A model generated the notes under the pieces. That model made no database searches, was not told the DNA's origin, and saw only the letters and a list, made by a program, of their open reading frames with translations. The position numbers and the translations under genes are program-made. From Lewinellaceae bacterium (lineage in GTDB: Bacteria > Bacteroidota > Bacteroidia > Chitinophagales > Saprospiraceae), in contig JBEIGB010000001.1 in the NCBI GenBank assembly GCA_040382095.1, positions 2,269 through 66,268 on the forward strand: a stretch of 64,000 nucleotides of DNA, in the 5' to 3' direction. Within the stretch, counting starts at the first letter, position 1. Each line of letters opens with the position of its first letter. Positions 39,609-50,673 of the stretch are shown here, one piece after another.

Positions 39609-40756
39609 AAGTCATTGGGTTTGGGGGATTCGATAATTTGTGATGGCATTACCGGCATTCCTTCGCGCAATGCAAGCAGACCACTCAGGATTACGGTATC
39701 CCCTGGATTAAGCCCGGCCGTGATCGCAATATAATTCTCCAGACGTTGTGCCACCTCGACCTGCTGCCCGTGTGCAACACCGTTTTGCATAACAAGTACC
39801 TGTTGTCCATTCAGGATAGGGATTACCGCATCCGTAGGGACTAATACCACCTTCTGGCTTTGGCTGGTAGTCACTTTTACCTTCGCAAAATTCCCAGGCT
39901 GAAGGGTGTTGCCCCCATTGCCACACCTCGCACGTACCGTCAGGGTCCGGGTAGAGGATTCCACCTCATTGCTCAACGCATACACCTCGGCCTGAAACGT
40001 CGTCCGCAAACCTTCTACCGTAAAGGCGATCTGCTGACCTATCCGCAAGTCCCTGCTGAACCGTTCCGGTATGTCAAACTCCAGTTTTATAGGGTTGGTC
40101 TGTTGTAACCGCACCAATATATCACTGCTCGAAACATACGCCCCCTCGCTGATCTGGCGCAACCCCAGCCGCCCGGTGAACGGGGCACGGATCCTGGTTT
40201 TATCTATCGCAACTTCTGTGATGCGGATATCCGCACGGGTCTGGTCAAGACTGAGCGAAATCCGGTCGAATTCTTCCTGAGCAATCCCGTCAATCGCCAG
40301 CAAGTCCTTCGCACGCGCAATTTCCCGGAGGTAATACGCTTCGTTTACCCTCAACTTTGCTAACTGTGCCTCTAATTCGACCCGATCCAGCTCTGCAAGT
40401 AAAGCACCTTGTTGTACCTGACCACCCTCCTTGAATAGGATTTTTGTCAACCGCCCACTCCGCTCCGGACGAATATCTACGAATTCGTTCGCCACCAGGT
40501 TGCCCGTCGTCTGAATCGTATTCTCCAGCGACTGTGCGGCAACAACCATATAGTCAACCGGCGTGACTGGTACCGGGCCACCCGGGCCACCCGGACCGCC
40601 CCCGGCTGAAGGACCCTCTGTTGTCTTCTTTTTGGAACACCCCCCGGAGGCAACAACCACCAAAGAAAAAGCTAAAATAACAAAAGCAGGACCCAGCCAC
40701 TGCCGAAGGCTATTCGTACCGGATACCCGCCGACCATGCAAATAAAAAGGGAACAT
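39605..40756 (-). CDS. RND efflux periplasmic adaptor (membrane fusion protein), lipoprotein
   Basis: Lipobox VVASGGC, a Gly/Pro linker, then a barrel-sandwich/coiled-coil MFP pattern. Its stop overlaps the RND gene start (ATGA). Confidence 0.9.
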   Translation of the reverse strand: MFPFYLHGRRVSGTNSLRQWLGPAFVILAFSLVVVASGGCSKKKTTEGPSAGGGPGGPGGPVPVTPVDYMVVAAQSLENTIQTTGNLVANEFVDIRPERSGRLTKILFKEGGQVQQGALLAELDRVELEAQLAKLRVNEAYYLREIARAKDLLAIDGIAQEEFDRISLSLDQTRADIRITEVAIDKTRIRAPFTGRLGLRQISEGAYVSSSDILVRLQQTNPIKLEFDIPERFSRDLRIGQQIAFTVEGLRTTFQAEVYALSNEVESSTRTLTVRARCGNGGNTLQPGNFAKVKVTTSQSQKVVLVPTDAVIPILNGQQVLVMQNGVAHGQQVEVAQRLENYIAITAGLNPGDTVILSGLLALREGMPVMPSQIIESPKPNDL

Positions 40757-40948
40757 AGAATGATTTGATCGTGTAAAAAATTATCGAAAATTAATAAGAT
40801 TATGGTATTAACTAAAACCATTGGGCGATTGCCTGTCGACCAAAATTCACGGGTGTGCTGTTGGTCGGATATTTACGGTCATTTGTATGTGAAAATCAAC
40901 CGTTTGCCCTCATTTTTTTTGCCCGGTGCCCGCATCCGGTCTTATTTA

Positions 40949-42391
40949 TCACCGAAGGCGTAATGCCGTACCCGTTACAATGGTATCCCCTTCTATACTA
41001 TTCATCGCCCGCAAAGCCCCCACACTAATCCCATACTTCATCGAAATACGGTAAAGGGTATCTCCAGGCTCTACAACGTGGTACACCGCCCCGGCGGCTC
41101 CCGCATTGCGGGAAGGGGGCACAGGTAATGATCCACTGGCTTTCGGAATAATAGGTAGTGGAAGCGGCTCTACGCCACCCTGAGCGGGCAGCGACCTTTC
41201 CTGAACCCCACCCTTCCGAGGGTTCCCTGTAGCTGGATGGAGTAGGGGATCCGGACGGAAAGCCACTTTTGCAACCTCTGAGGGTCTGTTCTGTACCGGC
41301 ACAGAAAAAATTTCCGGCGCAGACTTTACTTTACCGCCCTTGAGCTTGATCCGCTGGCCAGCAGCTACCTCGCTGCCGGCCGCGAGCAGGTTACGCGCAT
41401 ATAATGCCGATAGCTCTATGCAATATCTCCTCGATATATCCACCATCAGCTCATTCGGCCGGACAATATGCCATACCTGCTTTCCCCGGTATCTGCTTTT
41501 CCCGTAATGCGGGTTCCGCCGCCCAAACGAACGCAGTACTACCGCCGGATGATCGCGGCCTTCCTTATACGTCAGTAATAACCCCGAAGCTGGCGCCGCA
41601 CGTAGATGGGCATCAGAAAAAAAACGATCCCGAAGGTCACATAATACATACACCGCAACTGGGGCAAGAGACTTAAATACCTCGCGCTTGGGTACTTCTT
41701 GCACACTACTCCGGTAATAGCTTGGGATTAAAGCCCCGGCCAGTGCCTCAAATCGTGCCTCTACCTGCGAGGGCTGCTGCCCACCGTTACCCGTGACTAC
41801 CGCATGCTCAAAAGACATCCGATCGTACTGCGATAACCCCAAATCCTCAATGATGCGGACCAGCTTTAGATGATACGTTGCATCTGTAGCATATCCGGCT
41901 TTTTTTAATCCGCGCGCCCACCCCTTATAATCCGTTGGATCCAGCTCAAACAAAAAACCGTACCGCTCTTCCTTGAGCGGGTTGCGCAGGAATTCCGAAT
42001 GGGCAATGAAACTCTCTTCAACAGAATTGTAATGCCGGAAACAAGACTTCAACGCTTGACCCTGCCGATCGTACTCATCATCAAATTTATAGTATTGAGG
42101 ACCGTTCCAGGAATCACGGCCCCCACATTTTATGCCAAAATGATTGTTGGCAATTACCGCAAGATCTGTCGTCCCCCAACGTGATTCCAGAATCGCCTGC
42201 CCAAGCTTGATACTGGCAGGAACACCGCGACGCTCCATCTCCCAAATCGCCAGTGCCTTATACCTTTCGACGTATCGCAACTGCTCTTCAATTGGCTGTG
42301 CTTGTACTGCCCTGCAGAACAAAAATACCAGGATAGTCGTAAAAACGAACTTTCGTCTCATGCAGTTCTTAGCTTTTATATCTGTTGCCAA
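40949..42391 (-). CDS. Peptidoglycan hydrolase: N-acetylglucosaminidase (FlgJ-like GH73) domain with two LysM domains
   Basis: GH73 region: ASIKLGQAILESRWGTTDLAVIANNHFGIKC. LysM-like segments: WHIVRPNELMVDISRRYCIELSALYARN and YHVVEPGDTLYRISMKYGISVGALRAMN. Confidence 0.8.
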   Translation of the reverse strand: MATDIKAKNCMRRKFVFTTILVFLFCRAVQAQPIEEQLRYVERYKALAIWEMERRGVPASIKLGQAILESRWGTTDLAVIANNHFGIKCGGRDSWNGPQYYKFDDEYDRQGQALKSCFRHYNSVEESFIAHSEFLRNPLKEERYGFLFELDPTDYKGWARGLKKAGYATDATYHLKLVRIIEDLGLSQYDRMSFEHAVVTGNGGQQPSQVEARFEALAGALIPSYYRSSVQEVPKREVFKSLAPVAVYVLCDLRDRFFSDAHLRAAPASGLLLTYKEGRDHPAVVLRSFGRRNPHYGKSRYRGKQVWHIVRPNELMVDISRRYCIELSALYARNLLAAGSEVAAGQRIKLKGGKVKSAPEIFSVPVQNRPSEVAKVAFRPDPLLHPATGNPRKGGVQERSLPAQGGVEPLPLPIIPKASGSLPVPPSRNAGAAGAVYHVVEPGDTLYRISMKYGISVGALRAMNSIEGDTIVTGTALRLR

Positions 42392-42718
42392 CGCTTATGC
42401 AAGAATTGAACTGCTTCAAAAATAGCCATTTTTTTACTGCGCCGCCTCTTTTTAACCCACATTGCAGGTGGCTAATGGAATTTTAACGGAAATTTTCTAA
42501 AAAGTGCATCCCGCCAATGAATATTACCTCCTGAAAATCTCCCTTTATTTACTGTTTTTGCGGTAAATTCATCCATAAATAGTAAAATCCGCTTATATTG
42601 CAGGCAGCATACTAAAGAAGACGAATAGCTCTATTATAAGCATTGCCGCGACGGAATGACCCACCGATTCTTTCCCTCGCATGTGATTTTTTACCGCTAA
42701 AACAGCAAATTAAAACTA

Positions 42719-42958
42719 ATGGACACCTCGGAACTCGGCCAGATTATTCGTCAACACCGAAAACTTAGCGGCCTCACCCGCATCGAGTGCGCACGCCTCG
42801 CAGGTGTAGGAAAAACCGTCGTTTACGATATCGAACATGGAAAGCCCTCCGTTCAACTGCTTACGCTACTCAAAATCCTCCATGTACTCAATATCCGGAT
42901 CCAACTCTCAAGCCCGGTCATCAATGGTTTTCCTGACGAAAAACCAAAAGAAATATGA
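42719..42958 (+). CDS. XRE-family HTH protein, HipB-like antitoxin candidate
   Basis: Sequence LGQIIRQHRKLSGLTRIECARLAGVGKTVVYDIEHGKPSVQLLTLLKILHVLNI. 79 aa. The stop overlaps the downstream start (ATGA). Confidence 0.8.
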   Translation: MDTSELGQIIRQHRKLSGLTRIECARLAGVGKTVVYDIEHGKPSVQLLTLLKILHVLNIRIQLSSPVINGFPDEKPKEI

Positions 42959-43866
42959 GCCGCTGCCCAATATCTTATCAAATCTGCAGCCCGGAAAAAT
43001 ATAGTGCAGCAGGATTGAGAAAACTCCGCCGGGGACTGACGGCTGTTGCACCGTTCAACAACGACGCCATTCAAGGCCAGCCTCCATCTAAATTCGAAAT
43101 CAACTGGCACGGTAACTGGGCTTTCGGAGATGTTTCGCCCGAGTGTGAAGAAATGAAAATCAACAATAAAAAAAGCAGGTTCATCCTTATTCCGCCCGCA
43201 AAACCCTTCCTCCAAACTTCTGAAAATATCGACCTTAGTACACGCATCGCCCAAAAATGTGAAATCGAAACCGTCTTCCATGGCATGATCTTTAACATAG
43301 ACCAAACCCTCAGCTTCTTTGCCGAAGTACCGGGAATGTCCAGTCCAAAGTCCTCCCAGCTCACAAAATGCGCAGATGCACTCAAATCGCTGAAAAAACC
43401 GCTGAAAGCAGATACTGTTGAAGGAATTGTGGAAATGATTGACAACTACTGCACCTTCCCCGTCATCGAAAAGTACCGCCTCTTTCAAAGAATCCTGTTC
43501 TCCTGGCTCGTCGGATATCAGACTGCCTGCTGGAAAGACTATCTCCTCCTCCAATATCCTCAAAAAACAATCCTGGCCCCTCCTTTATTTTTTGCCAATA
43601 CCCACCTGTTTTTTGGCCGACAGGACCGCGAACTGAACCTCACCATACAGGGTAAAAATTCCGCTTTCGAGGCTAAAGATTTCACTCAGCTTCTTGGACG
43701 TGAAATCCTACAGCTACCTGAAGAACCCATCGCTTACTTCCTGAACTCCATCAAAAACAACTATTCCGATATCCGCCATCTGGTGCTGAACAGCTTCCTG
43801 AGCGAAGAACTCAAAGAACTTTTCCTGGATGGAATCGTAGGTAGGTTCAGCCGGCTTAGGCTTTGA
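42955..43866 (+). CDS. Short HipA-family homologue with apparently degenerate kinase motifs
   Basis: By my recall of family consensus, it aligns with HipA toxins at several points. It has a Cys-containing N-terminus (MSRCPISYQICS) and FILIPPAK. LFSWLVGYQTACWKDYLLLQY sits where LIGNxDxHxKNFS is expected. ILAPPLFFANT sits where LSPAYDLL is expected. ELNLTIQGKNS and NSFLSEELKELF also align. The catalytic D/H/N positions are not conserved. Confidence 0.65.
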   Translation: MSRCPISYQICSPEKYSAAGLRKLRRGLTAVAPFNNDAIQGQPPSKFEINWHGNWAFGDVSPECEEMKINNKKSRFILIPPAKPFLQTSENIDLSTRIAQKCEIETVFHGMIFNIDQTLSFFAEVPGMSSPKSSQLTKCADALKSLKKPLKADTVEGIVEMIDNYCTFPVIEKYRLFQRILFSWLVGYQTACWKDYLLLQYPQKTILAPPLFFANTHLFFGRQDRELNLTIQGKNSAFEAKDFTQLLGREILQLPEEPIAYFLNSIKNNYSDIRHLVLNSFLSEELKELFLDGIVGRFSRLRL

Positions 43867-44008
43867 ACCCCCCTTTTGCGATTACTGCGTTTTCAGGAAT
43901 TACAAGGAAACACCTGTACCATTTTTAACTGCCCCGAAGCCATCAAAACAACTTCTCAAACCCCTCACAAATTGCCGCTTTATATATTACCTCCAAATAC
44001 CTTCTTCT

Positions 44009-44995
44009 ATGAATGCCCTCTCCGACCCGATCCGTAAATGGCGCGCCCTCTGGAATCCCGAAATGTACCATGGCTGGGGCAAAAAAAATAACTTCTTCGA
44101 GGGCTGGTATTTTAAAATGATCGCACCTTCAAACGAACAGGCGATCGCGGTAATCCCCGGGATTAGCATGGATAAAAATGGCCAAAAACACGCATTCGTC
44201 CAGGTCTTCGACGGTACCCAAAAACAGGCGTTCTATCATGCATTTGATGAAAAAGATTTTTTACCTTCCAATGATAGCTTCGCCCTCCACCTCGGCCAAA
44301 ATTTCTTCTCCCCCGAAAAAATACTCCTCGACTTGCCAGAAATCCAGGGCGAACTCCACTTCCAAAATCAACACACCTGGCCTAAAATGATGGGAGCACC
44401 CGGTATCATGGGTTGGTATGGATTCGTTCCTTTCATGGAGTGCTACCACGGTGTGGTCAGCCTGCACCATACCATTTCCGGAAACCTCAATTTTCGCGGA
44501 AAATCCCTCCCAATGGATAAAGGTATTGGCTACCTCGAGAAAGACTGGGGAACTTCTTTCCCAAGCGCCTGGATATGGATGCAAAGCAATCATTTTCCCC
44601 ACGACCAGCCCGTTTGCCTCATGGTCTCAGTAGCTAAAATCCCATGGCTTACAACGTCTTTCACCGGTTTTATCGCCGGCTTCCTCTTCGAAGGACACCT
44701 CTATAGATTCGCTACCTACACAGGTGCCGTGCTAAAGGCAGAACTGAAAGAAAATACCGTTCATATCGTCCTGCAGGACAAACGACACCGTCTCGAAATT
44801 ACCGGCTACCCCGCCGAAGGTGCTGATTTATTCTCCCCAATGAATGGAGAAATGCGGGGAAAAGTGAACGAAAGCCTTCAATCTCACTTAGATATCCGCT
44901 TTTTTTCTAACGGTAGCTGCCGCTATCAAGGCACTGGTCGGCATGCCGGCCTCGAAATCGCCGGAAACGTTGAAGCAATGATCAAAAGGAACTAA
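44009..44995 (+). CDS. Tocopherol cyclase-like family protein
   Basis: NNFFEGWYFKM near the N-terminus, GYLEKDWGTSFPSAWIWMQSNHF in the middle. 328 aa. Family assignment is from motif memory only. Confidence 0.6.
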   Translation: MNALSDPIRKWRALWNPEMYHGWGKKNNFFEGWYFKMIAPSNEQAIAVIPGISMDKNGQKHAFVQVFDGTQKQAFYHAFDEKDFLPSNDSFALHLGQNFFSPEKILLDLPEIQGELHFQNQHTWPKMMGAPGIMGWYGFVPFMECYHGVVSLHHTISGNLNFRGKSLPMDKGIGYLEKDWGTSFPSAWIWMQSNHFPHDQPVCLMVSVAKIPWLTTSFTGFIAGFLFEGHLYRFATYTGAVLKAELKENTVHIVLQDKRHRLEITGYPAEGADLFSPMNGEMRGKVNESLQSHLDIRFFSNGSCRYQGTGRHAGLEIAGNVEAMIKRN

Positions 44996-45039
44996 TCCCT
45001 GAATAAAATGGTTGTTCTATTTGGATCAGACCCGTATCT

Positions 45040-45462
45040 ATGGGTCCTATATGCCTGAAACAGATGATAGATAAGAAAAAAATCAACCTCGAACGTTATC
45101 GCCGCTTCTTTAGCGAACGGAACTTCTGGAGTGTCATCGGCAGATTCGCGCAACGCCTTGGCATCAAAACCGTATATACGGCCCTGCTCATGTACTACGC
45201 CTATCGCCGCAAGGAAACACCCTTCTGGGCCAAAAATATCGTCATCGGTGTACTCGGTTACCTGCTCACACCACTCGACTTTCTGCCAGACCTCACTCCA
45301 ATTATCGGTTTTACCGACGACATCGGCTTGCTTAGCTTTGGCCTCGTAACGATTGCTTCTTTCATCAATCAGGATGTCCGCAATCAAGCCCGGGAAAAAC
45401 TTACAAAATGGTTCCCAAAATTTGTGGAAAACGATATCCGGGAAGTCGAAGAGAAACTTTAA
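45040..45462 (+). CDS. DUF1232 (YkvA-like) membrane protein
   Basis: VLGYLLTPLDFLPDLTPIIGFTDDIGLL is the DUF1232 signature. An alternative start exists at the ATG at 45064. Confidence 0.75.
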   Translation: MGPICLKQMIDKKKINLERYRRFFSERNFWSVIGRFAQRLGIKTVYTALLMYYAYRRKETPFWAKNIVIGVLGYLLTPLDFLPDLTPIIGFTDDIGLLSFGLVTIASFINQDVRNQAREKLTKWFPKFVENDIREVEEKL

Positions 45463-45483
45463 ATTTCCAGCTTAAACAAAAAA

Positions 45484-45569
45484 GGTTTTGCGAAAGCCCT
45501 TGGTGCCCGGCCGGCAACACAGAGAACCTGCTATGCCGTTAGCCGCGCACAACTAACTTTCACAAAACC
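45484..45569. repeat. Intergenic inverted-repeat element (termini GGTTTTGCGAAAG / CTTTCACAAAACC)
   Basis: 13-nt arms at 45484-45496 and 45557-45569 match 12/13, enclosing a GC-rich 60-nt core. The element lies between the convergent ends of the DUF1232 gene and atpC. Confidence 0.55.
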
Positions 45570-45614
45570 CTTTCATCTAGCGATTAGCAACCCTTTTGAC
45601 AGAAAAAACAACTT

Positions 45615-45929
45615 CTAATTTTCTTCCCGGGCACTACTCAAAAGAACGGATATACTGTTGTTCAGCACTTCAATAAATCCACCACCAACTTTGAAATTCA
45701 ATGTCTTGCCCGCCTCATCAATCGTTTTGATCGTTCCGGAGGCATCGTCAAAATAGAGGCTTTCACCAACAGCAGTCACCACAGTCACCGTTCCGGATTC
45801 CAGTGCGGAAACAACAGGGGCGTGGTTTTTGAGCACCTGAAATTTACCCCCTACCCCAGGTACAGTGATTCGCTGCACCTGGCCTTTGAATATTTCCCGC
45901 TCGGGCGTAAGCATCGTTAATTGCATCAT
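45615..45929 (-). CDS. atpC: F0F1 ATP synthase subunit epsilon
   Basis: Sequence LTMLTPEREIFKGQVQRITVPGVGGKFQVLKNHAPVVSAL. 104 aa, directly downstream of atpD. Confidence 0.9.
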   Translation of the reverse strand: MMQLTMLTPEREIFKGQVQRITVPGVGGKFQVLKNHAPVVSALESGTVTVVTAVGESLYFDDASGTIKTIDEAGKTLNFKVGGGFIEVLNNSISVLLSSAREEN

Positions 45930-45960
45930 CTCTTTGGTTTATGCTAAGGTGCAGTTCTTA

Positions 45961-47625
<1,665 letters not shown>

Positions 47626-47663
47626 TCAAGCCGGGTTCAATCTTGAAAAACGATCCTGAATAC

Positions 47664-48671
47664 ATGGAAAATACCATCAGCATTATTATGCCTGTCTTCA
47701 ATGAGGAAAAACACCTTCGGGCCTGCCTCGACAGTATCCTCGTACAATCCTGCAGCGATTGGGAACTCCTCGCGGTGGATGATGCCTCCACAGACCACTC
47801 CCTCGATTTACTCCTCACATACAACAAAAAAGACCCACGTATCCGCGTTCTGGAAAATTACGAAAAAGGAATTATCCCTGCTTTGCGCGTAGCGGTAAAC
47901 GCCGCAAAAGGGTCCTTTATCACCCGTATGGACGCCGATGATTATATGGCCCCCCATAAACTGGAAGCCCTCCGGAAACCCCTCCTCGAAAAGGGTCCTG
48001 GCCATCTTTCTACTGCACTGGTCGAATATTTTTCCGATGAATTCGATCTCGGGCCTGGCTACCGCCGTTATGCAGATTGGCTCAATCAGGTAATCCGGCA
48101 AGAAAGAAACTGGGAGGAAATCTATCGGGAATGCACTATCCCTTCACCCTGCTGGATGTGCTGGCGACAGGATTTTTTCTCTGCCGGCGCCCACAACTCC
48201 AATATTAACCCGGAAGATTACGACCTCGCATTCCGTTTCTATAAATCCGGCCTGAAAATAACTTCCGTTCCCGATATCCTCCACTTCTGGCGGGATCACG
48301 CCCGGCGAAGCTCGCGAAATCTCGAAAGCCACGCTAATCAAGAGTATTTCCGCCTAAAAGTACCCAGTTTTATCGAAATTGACTACGACGCCAACAGGCC
48401 ACTAATCTTGTGGGGAGCAGGAAGAAAAGGTAAAGAAATTGCAAAAATGCTGCTCGAAAAATCCCTGAACTTTCATTGGTGCTGCGAAACACCAGCAAAA
48501 TGGGGACATAATATTTATGGTGTCATTGTGGAAAGCCCCCAGACAATTGACCGCTTACCCAATGCTCAAATCATCCTGGCGGTTTCAGCCCCCAGCGAAC
48601 AACCCGGGATCCACCAGCACCTCACAGATAAAGGCCTCCTCCCGGGAAAAGATTTCTTTTGGTTTTGTTGA
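47664..48671 (+). CDS. Family 2 glycosyltransferase with extra C-terminal Rossmann-like domain
   Basis: ISIIMPVFNEEKHLRACLDSILVQSCSDWELLAVDDASTDHS and RMDADD (DxD). The C-terminus reads LILWGAGRKGKEIAKML. Track start TTG 47643 trimmed to the ATG at 47664. Confidence 0.8.
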   Translation: MENTISIIMPVFNEEKHLRACLDSILVQSCSDWELLAVDDASTDHSLDLLLTYNKKDPRIRVLENYEKGIIPALRVAVNAAKGSFITRMDADDYMAPHKLEALRKPLLEKGPGHLSTALVEYFSDEFDLGPGYRRYADWLNQVIRQERNWEEIYRECTIPSPCWMCWRQDFFSAGAHNSNINPEDYDLAFRFYKSGLKITSVPDILHFWRDHARRSSRNLESHANQEYFRLKVPSFIEIDYDANRPLILWGAGRKGKEIAKMLLEKSLNFHWCCETPAKWGHNIYGVIVESPQTIDRLPNAQIILAVSAPSEQPGIHQHLTDKGLLPGKDFFWFC

Positions 48672-48687
48672 CCTGATTATACTTGTT

Positions 48688-49581
48688 ATGCACCTGCCCG
48701 CCCATCTACTTGCCCAAAAGCTTAACCTTATACTCCTGCTCGGGCTCCACCGGCTGGATATTGACGAAAGTACGCGCGATGCCCTTCAGGCACTCGGTAT
48801 TGACCCCATGCTCCCCGACGAAGAACAGCTCCTCCAGGGTATTGCAATCGTCCATCAATGGGAAAAATCAGGACAAGGGGTCAAAATAGCAGAAAAAGAT
48901 AAGATTACTCCATTCCCGGAAGAATCCCTCCCGGTCGCAGGTGCCGAAATGGAACCTTTTTTCATGGCAACAATTGCCGGCGATTTTATCCCCCTCCTGC
49001 CCGAACTACTCTTCCTTCTACAGCGTCAACAGCTTTTGCTCCCGCTGCATTGGATACCAAAAGCAATGACCCACGCTATAGAGCATCCCGAAATATGGCC
49101 GTACCTCAAACCAGTATCAGGAAAAAGAGGGATGCTACTACTTGCCCATCTTCCCACTACATCTGAATTTTTAGCCTCCCAAACGCAACAAGCCAATCCG
49201 CCGGATATTCAACTTGCGCTCAGGCATCAATTCATCCAGACCCTCGCCGGTGAAGGTGGACAGGTCTATACCAGAAATGTCGAAAAAATTGCCGCGCCCC
49301 CTGATAAACCCTGGGAGGAAAGCTTTGCTATCCAGGTATTGGAGCTCGCCGCCATGCGTACCACAATGGCATCTCCATGGAACGATGAAGGAATCGCAGC
49401 CTTACTGATTATCGCGGCAAAAAGTTGCCCTGCATCCATTTTTTACCGCTATAGCAGCTATTTGTGGCCCGAAGACGGATATTTTTGGCGGTATTGGCAA
49501 CCTATTGTCCAAAAATTTACCGCTATACTGGAATTTCGAAAAGCAATGCACAACGTACTGCCAAACGCATTTACCCATTAG
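48688..49581 (+). CDS. Hypothetical protein (helical, Leu-rich)
   Basis: Track ORF 48517..49581 overlaps the upstream GT2 gene. The first in-frame ATG after that gene's stop is 48688 (MHLPAHLLAQKL...). I recognise no motif. Coding-like composition. Confidence 0.5.
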   Translation: MHLPAHLLAQKLNLILLLGLHRLDIDESTRDALQALGIDPMLPDEEQLLQGIAIVHQWEKSGQGVKIAEKDKITPFPEESLPVAGAEMEPFFMATIAGDFIPLLPELLFLLQRQQLLLPLHWIPKAMTHAIEHPEIWPYLKPVSGKRGMLLLAHLPTTSEFLASQTQQANPPDIQLALRHQFIQTLAGEGGQVYTRNVEKIAAPPDKPWEESFAIQVLELAAMRTTMASPWNDEGIAALLIIAAKSCPASIFYRYSSYLWPEDGYFWRYWQPIVQKFTAILEFRKAMHNVLPNAFTH

Positions 49582-50656
49582 CCGCTTTTTCATTTTTTAT
49601 TATGCGTGCCAAATCTTTTTCCTGCCGTACCAGCGACTGATATAATGCCATCTGATTTCGCGCCCTGACCAGATTGTGCTGTGGAAAACGCACCTTATAA
49701 TAAGTATCTCCATTCAGGTAATCCCCTAAAAAACGGATCATCTGTTCCAGAATTATCCATTTTGCGCCCAGGAGCAGGCCATCCTGCTCTTCCGGGTGCA
49801 TAAATGCCTTCAAAGGAGGGATAAACCCCTTCACAAGTGCTTCGAACCAGTCTTTCCGCACGACAACCTGTTCAAAACAGTCATTGTCTTCAGGAAGCGA
49901 GGCTGTCATCGTCCGCACCATATCACCGAAATCCGATACGATTGCCCCTGGCATCGTGGTATCCCAATCAATGACCGCAAGCACCTTTTTTTTCCGTATA
50001 TCAAACAGAAAATTCCCCATCTTGGCATCGTTATGGACAATCCTTTGCGGAAATGCGGCCGTTTCAACTGCTTTGAATACTTCCCCTGCTTCCAATGCGA
50101 ACGCAATCTCCCGCCCTGCTTCCCCTTTACGCCCCGCCATATCCTGTTGAACCGCTTCCTCAAAGCGGTGAAAACGCCAAACCCCATCGTGAAAATGAGG
50201 GATGACTTCATGAATCATTAATGCATCAAAATCCCACAAGCCACCAAGAAAGTATGCCATCGCACGGGAGGCTTCGAAAGCAAGGGCAGGTTCCGAAGCA
50301 TACGCATAACTCTCCGTATCAGGAATATAGCGAAATGCCCGCCAATAATCCCCTTCGCCATCTATAAGGAACAAACGCTCCGGATAATCGTGCAGTGCAC
50401 GCGGTTCAAGCAGCTGCATGGGCAGTCGCCTGCCCGAAAGGTGCCTGTGTAACTTAACCGCATTGTCAATCACCGCTTCCGGCTGCGGGAATACGCTCTT
50501 GTTAATCTTTTGAAGGACGAATGCCGCCGCCCCACCCTCGGGTACCGCCAGGAACGTATCATTGATATTCCCTTCCCCTAAAGCAGTGATCGAAAGAAAG
50601 CGGTGACCCCGGGGGCAGAAAGCCCCCGCTATCGAAGAAAGTATCGTGTTATCCAT
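49571..50656 (-). CDS. APH-family phosphotransferase, N-acetylhexosamine-1-kinase (NahK)/AmgK-like
   Basis: GEGNINDTFL nucleotide-binding loop region. Catalytic region IVHNDAKMGNFLF (HxDxxxxN) and DWDT. 361 aa. Confidence 0.75.
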   Translation of the reverse strand: MDNTILSSIAGAFCPRGHRFLSITALGEGNINDTFLAVPEGGAAAFVLQKINKSVFPQPEAVIDNAVKLHRHLSGRRLPMQLLEPRALHDYPERLFLIDGEGDYWRAFRYIPDTESYAYASEPALAFEASRAMAYFLGGLWDFDALMIHEVIPHFHDGVWRFHRFEEAVQQDMAGRKGEAGREIAFALEAGEVFKAVETAAFPQRIVHNDAKMGNFLFDIRKKKVLAVIDWDTTMPGAIVSDFGDMVRTMTASLPEDNDCFEQVVVRKDWFEALVKGFIPPLKAFMHPEEQDGLLLGAKWIILEQMIRFLGDYLNGDTYYKVRFPQHNLVRARNQMALYQSLVRQEKDLARIIKNEKAANG

Positions 50657-50673
50657 TAAACGATTTGAACCTT

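Noticed and set aside
48517-48687. 5' extension of the 354-aa ORF overlapping the end of the GT2 gene.
   Set aside because: The extension overlaps 155 nt of a well-supported gene in another frame. The first ATG after that gene's stop (48688) gives a clean non-overlapping start.
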